64,000 nucleotides of DNA from assembly GCA_964106915.2 (NCBI GenBank), contig OZ066921.1, one strand, 5' to 3'. A model generated the notes under the pieces. It searched no databases and was not told the DNA's origin. It was given only the letters and a program-made list of their open reading frames with translations. Each line of letters begins with the position of its first letter. Within the stretch, counting starts at the first letter, position 1. Made by a program: the position numbers and the translations under genes. This stretch comes from Podarcis gaigeae. Taxonomy: Eukaryota. Below, piece by piece: positions 36,831-50,245 of the stretch.

Positions 36831-38448
36831 TAATTAGAAACTGTTATGCTCACATTTACTTGTTGCTGTTCTCAGCAAAATGGTTGATGAGTAGTTTGAA
36901 TAAATGACCTTGCTATAGGTTTCTGCCTGTCTGACTTGTCAGTGTAATTGACATACCTGGTCTACTGTTGTTATTATTTTTTCTTTGTGGAATTCTTGAT
37001 TATTTAAACAGGCACTAACTACCCTGTAAGCAGGAGACATTCAGAGTGCAAGTCCTTAAACAATGAAAACAATGTCGTGTTCCAGCCAATTCCAGAATTC
37101 TCAGTATCTTAATATATAATTCAAAGCCATATGTTCTCCTAGGAAGCAAGTTACAAACCTATTCACCAGCCATTGTCTACAGAAGTGAAAACTGCAGTCT
37201 TAGAATATCCAAATGCCAAATTTTAAATTGCCATTTTTTTTAAAAAAAGCAACAACTTGGTGTATTGCAGGTGCAAATGGTTTTATTTTCTTTATTTTTG
37301 TTACTTTAAGGGTGTTTACACCAAATGGAGGCAAACAACTGTGGTAAATAAGTCTTGGCAATTATTGTAGTTAATTATTATTTTTCACTGACATTGTACA
37401 TTGGGGCATTTCATCAAAAGCTGTACTGCAAATGTTCCTGCATTTTGCATGTATTGTCATGGAGTGTAATTTTCGCTTAACTGTAGTTTGCTTTTATATA
37501 TTTTCCCCCTGGTTGTCATGGAAACTCAGTCCAGTGTTGCACTGGCTGCTAGCAAGTGCTAGGTTACGTTGCCTTTTATAATGGAGCTGTGTTAGTCATG
37601 CTGCAGTTTTTCAGCGATGGAACCCCGTTTGGAGATGTACTTCATAAAATTATAACATGATTGCAGCATTTTGAGCATCTTTCAGAATGTAAATATTGGA
37701 TATTTTATGAACAGTTTCTTTTGTTACAAGAGTTGGGTGCCTAAACTGGCTGTTGGAATCTTCACAGCATCTTTTCATGATAGGGTTTGAAATCTTCTAT
37801 ATTATATTCAAGATATCAAATAGCTTGATTAGTAGTATTTTCTTCCTGTGTCATGGAGCTCTGGTGGAAGATGTTAGTGTTGTGAAATACAGGAAAGATT
37901 TTGCATTCATGTGTTTTATAAGATACCTTTAAAAACGATACCTTAAAAAGTGCTCACGGTAAATTAACAATTGCTTTATCTATTGGATCATAGTTTCATC
38001 CTTAAAAGCACTACCGTTTGTTCTTATGTGGAGAATGTATTACCATGTTGGTGGTTTAGGTATTGCTGTTAGAAGGAAATTCATTCTTCCTTGTGTTTGT
38101 ATAACTTCCTTAGTTTTTTGTTAAAAAAACACTGTCAAACTTGGAATATATTTAACTTTAGGGCCATTGAGGTGGGGTTTTTTTTTTTGAGCAATGGAGT
38201 TCTTATGCAAAATAAATCAAACTGAAAACTGCATGTTCTTTTAGAGTGACAGAACAGATCTTGTCTTCGCTTGCTAGTACAGAAGGGCAAATCATGGCCC
38301 ACAGTACTAAATCAAAGCACAAAATACAGGCAGGCAAATTGTTCTGTGTGATGGGCCACTTTGCAGAATGTGGGTTGCTTCATATTGTGAATCCGCATAT
38401 GTTGTTGTTGTGATGCGAGACCATTAGTAATTGATGAGGCCTGTAGAT

Positions 38449-38697
38449 CATGGGTAGGCAAACTAAGGCCCGGGGGCCGGATTCAGCCCAATCACCTTCT
38501 AAATCTGGCTCGCGGACAGTCCGGGAATCGGTGTGTTTTTACATGAGTAGAATGTGTCCTTATATTTAAAATGCATCTGTGGGTTCTTTGTGGGGCATAG
38601 GAATTCATTCATTTCCATCCCAAAAATATAGTCAGCCCCCCCCAAGGTCTGAGGGACAGTGGACCAGCCCCCTGCTGAAAAGGTTTGCTGACCCCTG
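38449..38697. mobile_element. hAT-Charlie MITE (OC1/OposCharlie-like) with perfect 8-bp TSD CTGTAGAT
   Basis: TSD at 38441-38448 and 38698-38705; termini CATGGGTAGGCAAACT / GGTTTGCTGACCCCTG. A partial right end recurs at 55441-55496. Confidence 0.88.
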
Positions 38698-41065
38698 CTG
38701 TAGATGGTTTTCAGCCTTTCAGCTAGCCTATGAAAGACCAAGAGTCCTAGTAACTTAATACCTTTGGTACTCAAAATTGATTTAGTTCTTGAGGATATTT
38801 TATAGGCTCAGAGAATAAGATATTGAAAAATAGCACAAATATTGCACAAATCTGTTAATAAAAACTGCCTTCATGTATTCAAGTTTGTCTGCTTAGTCAT
38901 GTGAGCTGGAAACTTTTTTTTTTTTTAAAAAAAGCAAAGATTTCAAGGATTTTTCATGAAGCTGTGGGCTGCACAAATATCTCAGCATGTGGTTTGTGGG
39001 CCTTACATTGCTTGCTGATGGAGCACAGTCTGTTCTAATTCAACATTTTCTTTTAGCCTTAGACATGATCTAAGATGAGCAAAGGACAGCTTGTGTAATT
39101 CTCCAGAACTGTAAATGTACACAATACAAGAAAGCTATGTATAGAAAAAAGCAGTTCAATCCTGCCTAAATCATGTGAACTCTAAAATCCCCTTTCAGGT
39201 TATTCTCAGTGGTAAGATTTGCTCTTTGCAAGTTCCACCTCAGCTAATTGTTAAGGAATTTTTCAAAGTGCATTGCATAGTTTTTAGGAAAGAACAAATA
39301 TATTATGTACCTTAGGTGTGTGTGGTTATAACAAACTAAAACAAGTTGTGTTTGTCTTTAATTTCGAGCATCTGTTTTGTTTCAATTTTTTATATTAAAA
39401 GGAAAGAGGATGATATTTAGGATTGGGATAGTAGAAATTAAAAAAAAATCATTGCATGAATAGCTTTCTTGATTGTCATGTGCTTCATGTTATTGTGTAG
39501 ACTTCCAAAATCATGTTATCTTTCTTGCTGAAAAATAGTCTGAACAGATAAAGGTAGGATCCAGCAAGTATCTTCTGTGTATCCAAGTATTTCCACATGC
39601 ATTCATTGGGAATACTCTGGATCCCCCCATTTGAATGTGGCTGATTCATTGTGTTGGAAGCTATTACAAAGCATTTCCCTAAATTTCTGGTGTGCTTATT
39701 TGATTGACTAGAGGCTGCAGTGAAAAAGGGGCGGCCTCTGTAGTGCAAAAATGGGTAGAAGCATAGAGCAATATTTTCACACCTCTTTGCATCCTGCACA
39801 TTAGCAGTAAGCCTCAATTGTGGAAATGGTGGGGGGGACGGACAAGAAAGTCAGAAGTCTGAGTTTCATTCTGAAGGGACTGTGTTCATGAAGAAGCCTG
39901 TTCATGTGTGGAGCTGAACATGAACTGTATGAGTGGAAGGCTGATACCAACTACTGTAGGATCTGGGGAAGTAAGTATTATTATCTGCATTTTTGAAGGC
40001 AGAGCCTTTAACACTGGGTTGGCAAAATGTGACCTTCTAGATGTTGCTGGGAGGAAAAAAAACCCATCATCACTGACTTGACCATCCTAGTTGGGGCTGA
40101 TGGAGATAGGAGTCTGACAACATCTGGAGGGCCACAGGTTCCCCATCTCCACTTTAACTAATGGTTAAAACAAGCCAGATATAAATGGGTTTTTGCAGCT
40201 TTTGTGTGTGTAAAGAAATAAGATTATTATTTATTTATAGCATTTTATACTGCTCATTAGCAATAGGATTTTAGGTCAATGTACAGTTTTTAAACCATAA
40301 AATACACAAATACTGCATAAACATAGAACCAAAGATAATGTAAAACAACAGTAGTGCCCAAGGTTTAAAAAGGGCTTTGACATGTTTGCTTTTCTGATTC
40401 CCTTTTATACCTTGGTCACTGCTGAAAAGCTTTAGAAAATAAAAGCCTCACAAAATAAAAAGGGTATTTACCTGGTGCTTAAAAACACTCAACACAGGCA
40501 CCAGTTGAGGGCATTCCACAACCAGGACACCTCCACTGACAATGCTTTACCCAAAGCAATTGTTTACCCCACCACATTTGGCAGGGGCATTAATGTATTG
40601 GTGTCCAGTATTGTGAGCCAAGGATACCCATGTAAAACCAAAACAAATGGCTATTGTAAAGTGATATATCTCTTATTGGTCTAAATATGTCATTTGCTAA
40701 AGTGATACCTTATGTACCACTGAGGTAGATTAGATGCTATCTTAATTTGTATTGCATTGTCAGGGTCAGCTCAGCAGAGATACACCAAGCAAATGTTAAT
40801 TTTTACTAGCTGGCTTTAGACGAATAACTGCTAACTTCTAAGTATTTGACGTATAGGCTTGTAGGGATGTGAAGAACTGAAAGGGGTAGACAATACATAT
40901 ATTGTCAAAAACATTCTCTGAGCTCCTTAAATCAGGATTCATACTCTTTAGGTACTTAGCTTCTTTCAGTTTTCTCTTTACATGCATATATCAACATGAA
41001 TAAATGTAGGTATGCTTACCCATATAGTTCAGAGGCAGCCTTTTGAGCTTGACCAAAGATAATCC

Positions 41066-41422
41066 GTGGGTGATGCTGTGGGTAAGACCTCAGCGCCTAG
41101 GACTTGCTGATCGCATGGTTGGCAGTTCGAATCCTCGCGGCGGGGTGAGCTCCCGTCGTTTGGTCCCAGCTCCTGCCCACCTAGTAGTTCGAAAGCACCC
41201 TTAAGTGCAAGTAGATAAATAGGTACTGCTTTATAGTGGGAAGGTAAACGGCGTTTCCGTGTGCTGCTCTGGTGCCGGTTCGCCAGAGCAGCTTCGTCAC
41301 GCTGGCCACATGACCCGGAAGTGTCTGCGGACAGCACTGGCTCCCGGCCTCTAGAGTGAGATGAGCGCACAACCCTAGAGTCTGTCAAGACTGGCCCGTA
41401 CGGGCAGGGGTACCTTTACCTT
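41066..41422 (+). mobile_element. Sauria SINE with 11-bp TSD AAAGATAATCC
   Basis: TSD at 41055-41065 and 41423-41433; tail CCCGTACGGGCAGGGGTACCTTTACCTT. Confidence 0.95.
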
Positions 41423-41859
41423 AAAGATAATCCAGTGTGCAGAAGCTGGATGGAGAGTGGGGGAAGTAAGTTCCAGTTTTCATGAATTTTTTTTTTTTGA
41501 GAAAGCTAGAATTGTATTAAACAAATATTACTTTCCGTACATGTTTTCAGTCTTCTTTTAGGGATTGACACATTGTGGTCCAGCCTACCTTCTAGTAATT
41601 TAATGAAAAATGTCATAATTATCAGATAGAGAAGTTACCTGTAGTATTTTAGACAAATCTAATAATTGAATAATTTTAGTTTAAATTGGGGGTGGCTAAC
41701 TGGCAGATGTTTATGAACTACAATTCTGATCACCCCTAGAATCTGTGGTTAATTGTCAGGGATGATAGGATTATATTCCTGTGGAAGGGAGACTAAAAAT
41801 GAACAACAAAGGCGGGCTCTGTAAGATATTTACTCTGCAAAGTAAAGCAAACACCTAGG

Positions 41860-42012
41860 TGTTTCCTTGCGCTGCTCTGGTTCGCCAGAAGCGGCTTAGT
41901 CATGCTGGCCACATGACCCGGAAGCTGTCTGTGGACAAACGCCTCGCCTATAGCGTGCAACCCCAGAGTCATTCGCGACTGAACCTAATGGTCAGGGATA
42001 CCTTTATCTTTA
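41860..42012 (+). mobile_element. Sauria SINE 3' half
   Basis: GCTGCTCTGGTTCGCCAGAAGCGGCTTAGTCATGCTGGCC...GGTCAGGGATACCTTTATCTTT. Confidence 0.85.
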
Positions 42013-43132
42013 TCACCTAGGGTTGTGTTTTTTTTAAAGATCTTGTTGCCCTTTCTACATGTTTTGTTTATTTAAGATACTTGTTTGGACTGCTTATATT
42101 TATTTGTTTATATTGAGATTAATCAAATAATCTTGTCCTTGATGTCAGCTGGTGATTTTTTGTTTGTTTTGATTTTTAAAAGATTACTGTTATTATTTTT
42201 CTTATATTAGCAGACAACCTTTTTTAGAATTATAGGAGTTATAGTGCAACAATGTCTAGAGGGAACCAGGTTTGCCACCCCTGCATTTAATGGCATGCTT
42301 CTCAGTAACAGTTGCATGTTCTGTAAACTCTCCCTCTTATCCAGGGTACCCCACTCAGGATTTTTTTTTAAGCTGCCAGTAGTTCTTTTTAGCTGAATAC
42401 AACTCCTGTATTAGAGTAACTGACTATTCAGTTGGTCAGCAGGCTGAAATGAGTCATTTTGAGGGATCTGGTTTTGGCTAGAATTTTGCTAAAACAACCA
42501 CAAAACACTGTTTACATCTGACAAGAACTTGTTTCTAATAAAAGGAAATTACACACAATTTCACATACAATATAGGTTTGTTTTCGGTTTCCAGACAAAA
42601 AGGGAGGTAAAGCCCTATTTATAGTATATTATAAATCCAGCACATTTATGTGCTGCAAATGTGGCTGGAATAGTCCAGTATCCCATCAAGTGTGGTGTTG
42701 GTGACATCTCGCTTTCTGTTAGCTTCTGTTATACTAGAAGTAGGGATTGGCACAAGGGTTTCAGATGGCTGGGGCATTAATTTTTCAGTAGCATGAGCCT
42801 ATTTACTTAGGATTCCCTAATAATTTATTGCTAATAGTATATAAAGGACTGTGCCTGTGCAAGAAAAGCTGTCAGTCTGTTTGAAACCAAAACCTAGCCT
42901 CTAAGATATTCTGTGCTATAGCTGCAGTTTTCCTTTTCATTTGAAGTTCAGTATTTTTCAGGGTGCTGCTTGGATGTCAGCAATGCAAAATCTCAGAATT
43001 AAGAATTGGAGCAACAACACCAGAAATATATCAGTGTGAGCAGACCAGGGTGGAAAATAATGAATACAGATAAGTGCTTGGTACTAATCAGTGGATGAAA
43101 TACACTGTGATTGTTGGGTGAACACACTAATG

Positions 43133-43268
43133 CAGGCTTCCTTAACCTCGGCCCTCCAGATGTTTTTGGCCTACAACTCCCATGTTCCCTAGGTAGCAGG
43201 ACCATTGGTCAGAGATGGTGGGAATTGTGGTCTCAAAACATCTGGAGGGCCAAGGTTGAGGAAGCCTG
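43133..43268. mobile_element. 136-bp near-palindromic hAT MITE, TSD CACTAATG/CACTAACG
   Basis: Long TIR CAGGCTTCCTTAACCTCGGCCCTCCAGATGTTTT / AAAACATCTGGAGGGCCAAGGTTGAGGAAGCCTG. Older relatives near 1285-1380, 3460-3595, 7026-7090, 40013-40150. Confidence 0.92.
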
Positions 43269-43607
43269 CACTAACGTAAATGAAAATAAAAAGATCAACA
43301 TTGTTCTGCAACAATTTGTTCTTTAAAAGGAATAAGGTAGAATTTTCAGATGGACGAGTGTTTTTGCCAAATAGAACCTCTATGAAGGCTTCCATGTACA
43401 TTTCACTGAAATATTATAAGAGTATCAGTTGTTATAAAGATAATTTTCAGAAGTGTTAGATTCCCCCCCCCCCCATTTTTTTGACATATTCTAAGATTAT
43501 ACTTCTGTTCAACATAAAATGCATATTGCTTCTTTTCTCTTTCCTAACTTCTGGAATAGACATCTGAATTAGCTTTTTAGACACTAAGTACCCAACTTAT
43601 TACACTG

Positions 43608-43900
43608 CTATCCCGCCTTTCCTTCAAGAGGGTCATACGTAGTTCTCCATCTTCCCATTTTACCACAACAATCCTGTGAGGTATGCTAGGCTGAGAAGTA
43701 GTGACTGGGCCAAGGTCACGCAGTAAGCTTCATGGCTGAATGGGAATTTAAACCCTGGTCTCTCAGGTCCCAATCCAATCCTCTAACTACTGTAGTATAG
43801 TGACTGGAGTGTTGAACCTGAACTGGGAAATGAGGATTAAAATTCTTCAACGATGAAGCACTGTAGATTGCTTCAGGCCATATTTCTGTCTAAATTGCTT
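43608..43900. mobile_element. MIR-like SINE on - (about 43608-43790) followed head-to-head by a degenerate + head
   Basis: ACAACAATCCTGTGAGGTATGCTAGGCTGAGA...CAAGGTCAC...GCTTCATGGCTGA, then TGTAGTATAGTGACTGGAGTGTTGAAC. Confidence 0.65.
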
Positions 43901-43994
43901 AGCAGGATAAAATGGGATAACCTTTTGAACTTCTTGGAGGCATGGCAAGATACAAATACAATAACCAAGGATGCAGGATACTAATATTTTCTAC

Positions 43995-44055
43995 ATCATC
44001 ATCATCATCATCATCATCATTATCATCATCATCATTATTACTACCACCACCACCC
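43995..44055. repeat. Compound (CAT)n/(TAT)/(CAC)n microsatellite
   Basis: Direct read. Confidence 0.9.
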
Positions 44056-45133
44056 CACCCACCTGTCTGGGTTTCCCCAGCCACTCTGGGCAGCTTACAG
44101 CATATAAAGTTTGCAAGCTTCTACAGTCTTTCCCATAAAAATAGGCCCAATAAAATGTATCACTTTACTTGCTTTGTTTCTTCTTTGTATTACTTGCAGC
44201 TTCCATTCTGTTTAGCATTGCAAAAGATCCCTATGGCAGAAATAGAAGTGTAACATGAGAGAGGCATTATGCTTTGTCTTTTTTTTTTTTTAAGTGCTCT
44301 CTTGAAAACTAATCAGTCCTCCTTTGCTTTTCATTTCAACACTCCCTCCCCATCTGTTCTTTACTTTTACCTAGTTCCCTGGAAGTCCATGTACCACCTG
44401 CCTCCTAAATTTGCCCTTCTTTTCCAGTTACTTGTCTCCAGACTATATGCTTCTTTTTCATGTTGTTCCTCCTTTTTGATGTTCATGGTTATGTGTTTAA
44501 GATTGCTAGTCTGGCTTCACTCTTCTAGCTGACATAGGTTCTATGCACATAAATATTAAAATGTGTTTTCAGGTCATTGTATTAAACTAAAACCAGTTCT
44601 GGCTCTGATGTGTGGTTAACTCTCCATTGCTTAGGAGCATTATGTTAACAGGGCAGGAAATCCTTTCGGTTTTTCTCAGTACAGAAGGCTTGGTACTGCC
44701 ATAAAAGGAGGGGTTGTTTGTTTTGTTTTTTGGTATATGAAGGTTCCTTTCCAAAGAAAGAATAGTCAGCCTTGCCTTCATGATTAAATAAGTAGCTCAT
44801 ATTTATGTACATGAAATCTTAAGTAGCAATGCATACATTTCATTTTTTAGTTCAGCCCCTGGAGTTCTTATATGACTTAATTTTAGCAAACATTGGTGGT
44901 TGACTAAGCTGGGATACTAGTATTAAAGACTGCACACCATCTGCTTCAGCATTTTTGAACATGTCAGAGGTTCTCTCCAAATGGAATGTTCTGTACTTGG
45001 CTAGGCTTCCTGCTGTCTGGATTGGTTTGTCATGCATTGTAGCACATTGGTTCATTTTCCTAGTTCAGTTCTGGCTTTTATTGTTATATTTGAAGTCATT
45101 TTTATATGTCTGTATAGAGGTATCGCTATAAAG

Positions 45134-45371
45134 CAGGCCTGTCCAACTGGTTGATCGCGATCTACTGGTCGATCATGGGCTTTCCCTGGTCCATCCTAAA
45201 AAAAACCCCTCAACAACTGTGTTCTCTCCCCCTTAAAAAAAACCACTCAACAACTTTGGTGAAGCCTCCCTCAAAAAAGCTCAACAACTCTGGTCAATCC
45301 AATGGGTAGATCACTGCCAGTTTATTTATAGTGGGAGTAGATCACAGTCTCTTAGAAGTTCGACACCTCTG
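45134..45371. mobile_element. hAT MITE, TSD CTATAAAG/CTATAAAA, with 3 internal A(n)-CTCAACAACT repeats
   Basis: Termini CAGGCCTGTCCAACT / AGTTCGACACCTCTG; subterminal GATCTAC/GTAGATC motifs. Confidence 0.8.
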
Positions 45372-46758
45372 CTATAAAATATTGCTATATATTAGGTATT
45401 GTAGCATAGTTTTTTTAATCCACAATTAAAAGACAGCTCATCCTTTACAAGACCAAAGAGCGTTTTTGGCCGGCCTGGTATGGAGACAGTATAATCCTCT
45501 CCTTTTGAATGAGTTAGTACTCTTCAAAGTGCTCTACAACTTATATTTTCACAGTGATGCTGTGATGCTAGTTTGTAATTGAGGCTAATTTTTTAAAGGC
45601 CAATGTTCAATGACCACTCAGATACAGGTATCTGAAGCCCTAGCCTAACACTCCTATTACTCAGTACCCCACAACCTCCAAAAGAGGTTTATGCATGGGA
45701 CCCAGGTGTTTATAGGGCCAGGCGTGCTAAGCTTCAGCTGTAGAACTGCATCATGCATCTGGCTACAGTTTGATGACGATTGTTGCATTACTTTGCTCAA
45801 ATTTAAATAGCCTTGCCGCCTTTTGTTTTTATACTAGAGATTGGTGATTTTTATTGTAGTTGCCTAGTGCTGTCTTTTATAGGTTAGCCTTGACTTCTTT
45901 TACTTAAGAACAGCTGGCTTCACTGCAATTATGAGTCACAGTTTGCTTGTTCTGGAATGATAATAGCAAGCACCAGATATCTTATTCTTATGGTAGTGTT
46001 AGCTATAAAAAAATATGAAGGTGATACAAAAAAGGAAGGGTATATTTTATTGGTGAATATTAGCTTCTGCTAATGTTTATGTAAATGCTAGCATGGGATA
46101 GTTATATGATACAATTGCCAGTAAATTTCATGAGCTCTTACCTGTATGGTACTTACAGCATATTGTTATTTCTTTTGTATTTAAACCAGGACAAGAAGTA
46201 AATAGTTTGATTTTAAAGTAGTATTTTTTTTTTTATGGAACAAACCTGTGCTACTCTTTCTTTGTGAATGTATTCTTTCTATTCTCTTGTCTTGAAAAAT
46301 ATTCAGTTTCTAAGAGTAACCAGAATGATTAGTAAATAAGTTATGTAATTATGTGAATCCCAGGTTATCTTGATCAAGTAGGTCTCTATAAGTGTAAGTG
46401 CAAATTCAGTGGCTAAGATTCTACCCCTCTCCGAAACCTACCAAAGACCAGATATCTTTTCTTCTCATTTTATTCTGGCTTTCTGAAAAGATTTTGTCAA
46501 ATTTTATTTCAATATTTTCTATGTATGTGACTCTGAAAATAGATTATTTTTTAAGAGGGCTGAAAGGAAAATCCCAGTTGCATAAGTAGGACATCACAGT
46601 GCTATCACCCAGTGGACTGTTGAAGTAGCAAAGCACATCGGGAATAGAATTCAACAAGATATTTTTATGAGGTGTAATGATTTTAGCATGCTCCCCCCCC
46701 CAAAGCTTGCATTGTGAGTCTTAATATTTATGTAAGATAACTTTTGTTTGTCTTTCAG

Positions 46759-46838
46759 AATACAGAGCTTCTTTGGAGACATCTCTTTGTTGGATTTTAT
46801 CCATGTCCTGCTAACCACTACTTTCAGCTATGGAATCG
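46759..46838 (+). other. ANKRD11: Non-coding exon 2 (80 nt, 5'UTR) of probable ANKRD11
   Basis: CTTTTGTTTGTCTTTCAG acceptor and TCG|GTAACT donor. GACATCTCTTTGTTGGATTT...CCATGTCCT...TTCAGCTATGGAATCG resembles my recollection of the human ANKRD11 5'UTR exon. Confidence 0.72.
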
Positions 46839-49800
46839 GTAACTATTTTATTGCTCTCCCCCTTTCAGTGGAATAGCTTTTGTAATAGCGAATACAAAAA
46901 CAAAATATGACTTTGAATCATGATAGTGATTTTTCATTTATTATTCTTAAAATGTAAATATTTAATAGGTTTTGATAGAGTAGTTGTGTTAGAATCGGTT
47001 TTGTAGTGCAGATAAAATGTCTTCAGCTTATTAAGAAACTAGTTTTAGTTGTAGTGCAATGTATAGCAGCATCACAAGTAAGGCCTGAGGGTGAACTTCC
47101 CTGCAGTACCTGACAAAGGTTTTGTAGGGAAATTACAAATACAGGCTGTGGCTTTCATTTTATCATCACCAAAACATATATTGGGTAAGTTATCATCTCA
47201 GGGAAACTTTCTGATTTAGATGCTTGGATAAAGCAGCTATGTGGCATTTTTCTCTGCAAAGACACTGTTGAATCAGCAGCCCAAGGACTTATAAACTACC
47301 ATAAAACCTGCCTTGCAGTTAGGTACTTGGCTGGTTACCTGTGGCAAGCAACAACTATAAGCTGACAATTCTATTACAGTACATGCAAGTTCTCTACAAA
47401 TTCACTTGCATGCAACACAAGAGAAGAAGGGGAATGATTGGAATCACTATTCTTAGAAGTAAAATTTGTAGAACATTTTCATTGTGATTAAACAAGGTTT
47501 ATATAACAGCGGTGACCAAGCAAAAAGAGTAGTCCAGTTATGTGCCATTCTACAAGACCTGCCTCCTGTGTCCACTCATACAGCTCTCCCTCTCATCCAG
47601 ATTGAATCTGTCAAAGCTTATACATACCACACACCCCATGGTGCTAACAGAGACCCAGCGGTGAGAAGCAAACTTAGTTTTATTCCTGAAAGGAAAAGAT
47701 CTTTCCCTACTTGTGGAGGATGGAGAGAAATGTCAGATATTTGGCTAAATTGGGGATTGTTTCCTTACTGTAGGTGAGAAGATTCATACTGAATAATGTT
47801 CTCTCTTAAGGATTTTTTCTAGGGTAGTTTTTACCGAAAAAAGATAATTAGTGAATGTGATCTAGGATTTAATTTGACATTATCAGGGTGAAATGTAATC
47901 AGTTAACAAGAGTAATGTTTGAACTTGGTGATTAAGTTTCTAATTAAAAGAGGATTCATTAAAATCAGGTCTGGGCTTGGTTTGAGCTTTAAAAAATTCT
48001 GCACCTTCAGATGCACCCAAACTCTCTATAAGAGTGTGCTAAAAATATGTGCTGCAGGTTTTTGTCACTGCTGACAACTTTCTGAAGCCTGTCAGTGGAG
48101 CACCTGTCTCAGCAATGACATTGAGATGCATCTTCTGATGTGGGTCTCATGTCAGTTAACAAAACATTGGAAAAGACTGGGATAAAAAGCTGTTTCCTTA
48201 GCTTTGATGAGGTAGTAGCAACAGTAGCTTCTTGCCTATTTTGTAATTAGTGTGATACAATGTACCCATGGTCGATTGCAGACTCCTGTTGAAGTCCCTT
48301 CTTCGAGAGTAATGAGAGAGGTAAAACCTGCTTCTTGGCAGATGGTGTAACTGAGTGTCCTAGTAGTGCATACCAGTGTCCATTACTGCCATTTAGGACA
48401 GTCGGTGAGATGGGCCCTTTTAGGGCATTCCGTTATTAATTGTTGCTGACTTGCAGTTTGTTCACATTAGATTATTGTTTTTAATGTTTGTGTGTTTATT
48501 TTATAAGTATTAATCCTTTGGAGAGCAAATAAGAAAAATTGGTAGAATGTTTTTGTGTGGAACAACTAACATACACACTTGGAATAGTAATTAAAACCTG
48601 AATTCTTTAGACAGAATTATTTAATATCTCACATTTTACACAAAAAGGTTTCTGCTCATTCTGCTCACACGAGACCTGGAGAGCAGAATATTGCTGCTGC
48701 AGAGCTTAAAGGTGTATCGACAATTTTATCACTTGTGTCATCACCATACCTGTTCACGTGTAGGTAATTTTCCTTACTGCAGGGGCCTTAATGAGATTGT
48801 CGTAAAAGTGGTGATTGGAGCATAAATTTTAATTTGTCATGTTGAAATTAGGTGTGCATTCTTCCCTTCCAGTATTGAATACCCAATAAGTAACAGTGCT
48901 AATTTCCACCTGCCACTGATGAATCATAAGGGCTTATTTGCCCAGAGTGATGATTTTGTTGATATATAGAAATTAAGAATGTTTTCAAATTCTTGGAAAG
49001 CTTACTGAGTACTTGCATATTCTTGAGTTGGGGCAAAGTGCAATACTGTCCAGTGAATTGGATGTGGTACTTGATTTGCAGAATTCTTCATGGCCAAGCT
49101 ATTGCAGAATCTGTGACCAACAACATGATGGCTGTGTGTTAGTGCTGGGATTTCTGTGAAAGAATATGTTCTAATGAAGCTGGAGTTGTGGCAGTTTTAT
49201 GTTCTTTGGTGACATCTATGCAGTTATTTCCATGCAATATTAGTGTCTGAAGTGTATATAGGCTTCTCCTTAGCATTCTTTCTTGTAATAAAAATTGGGT
49301 CATGTTTAAATTAATGGAAAGTGGAATAATAATAAAAATGCAGCGCAGCCAAGTCACTGTATACCATACGTATACCACACTAATGAATATGCTCTGTGTA
49401 TGTATTATTTTCTTGTTGAAAAGCATTTAGGCTTCCAATGTTTATGTACTGTTGAGTTTCTTGAAGAAGCATGATAATCCGGTGCCTTTCTTTAGCACAG
49501 AATTCTAGTGTAAGCTGGCAGCTGGTTAAACTCTCAATACTCACATTTTTCATTACAGAAATTGACAGATCAAGACTTTTGAACAGAGGTGAGATTGTGA
49601 TGGTGGTTTTGGAAGTAGTATTTCACAGAGTTCATAATGAATATGTAGGTGTCTAGGGAAGCTTTTAATATCTGAAGGACTATTGTATTTTAATCTTTTG
49701 TTGGAATCTGCCCAGAGTGGCTGGGTATAAACAAATTGTTGTTGTTGTTGTTTGTTGTTATTAAAAGGATGAATATGGTGGGGCTGCTAAGCAGAATTGT

Positions 49801-50245
49801 TTTTCCAAGCTTGAATCTTGCATTGTTCTGACCTTCCGAGAAGAACGCTATTGTGAAGCTGAGCTGAATAGTAAAAATGCAGTTTCAACACATGCTTTAA
49901 GAATTGAATCGTCTTCGGAAAAGTCACATTTTACAATGAAGATAGAATTGCTTAGACAAAATGGGGCCAGATCTTGGTATTCATTTAACTCAGGTCTTTT
50001 CCATTAGTGGCACTTCAGCTTGGATGCATTCACTTTTAAATATTTACTGATTCTTGACTGCATAGGGAAAGGATTTGTAAAATCAGGATCTGTCACAACC
50101 TTGAGTTAGATTTCACTCTCCTTTCCTGAATACATTTTTAGATGTAGCATAAGGTAACAAAAAGGTTTCGTTAATGCAAGTTTTAATGACGAGTGAACCT
50201 TTGCAACCTAATCACTTTTAACTGTAAATTCAACATCCTTGAAAC

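Noticed and set aside
45195-45295. Three spaced CTCAACAACT repeats superficially like a repeat-spacer array
   Set aside because: Internal repeats of a MITE in a eukaryotic intron; not CRISPR.
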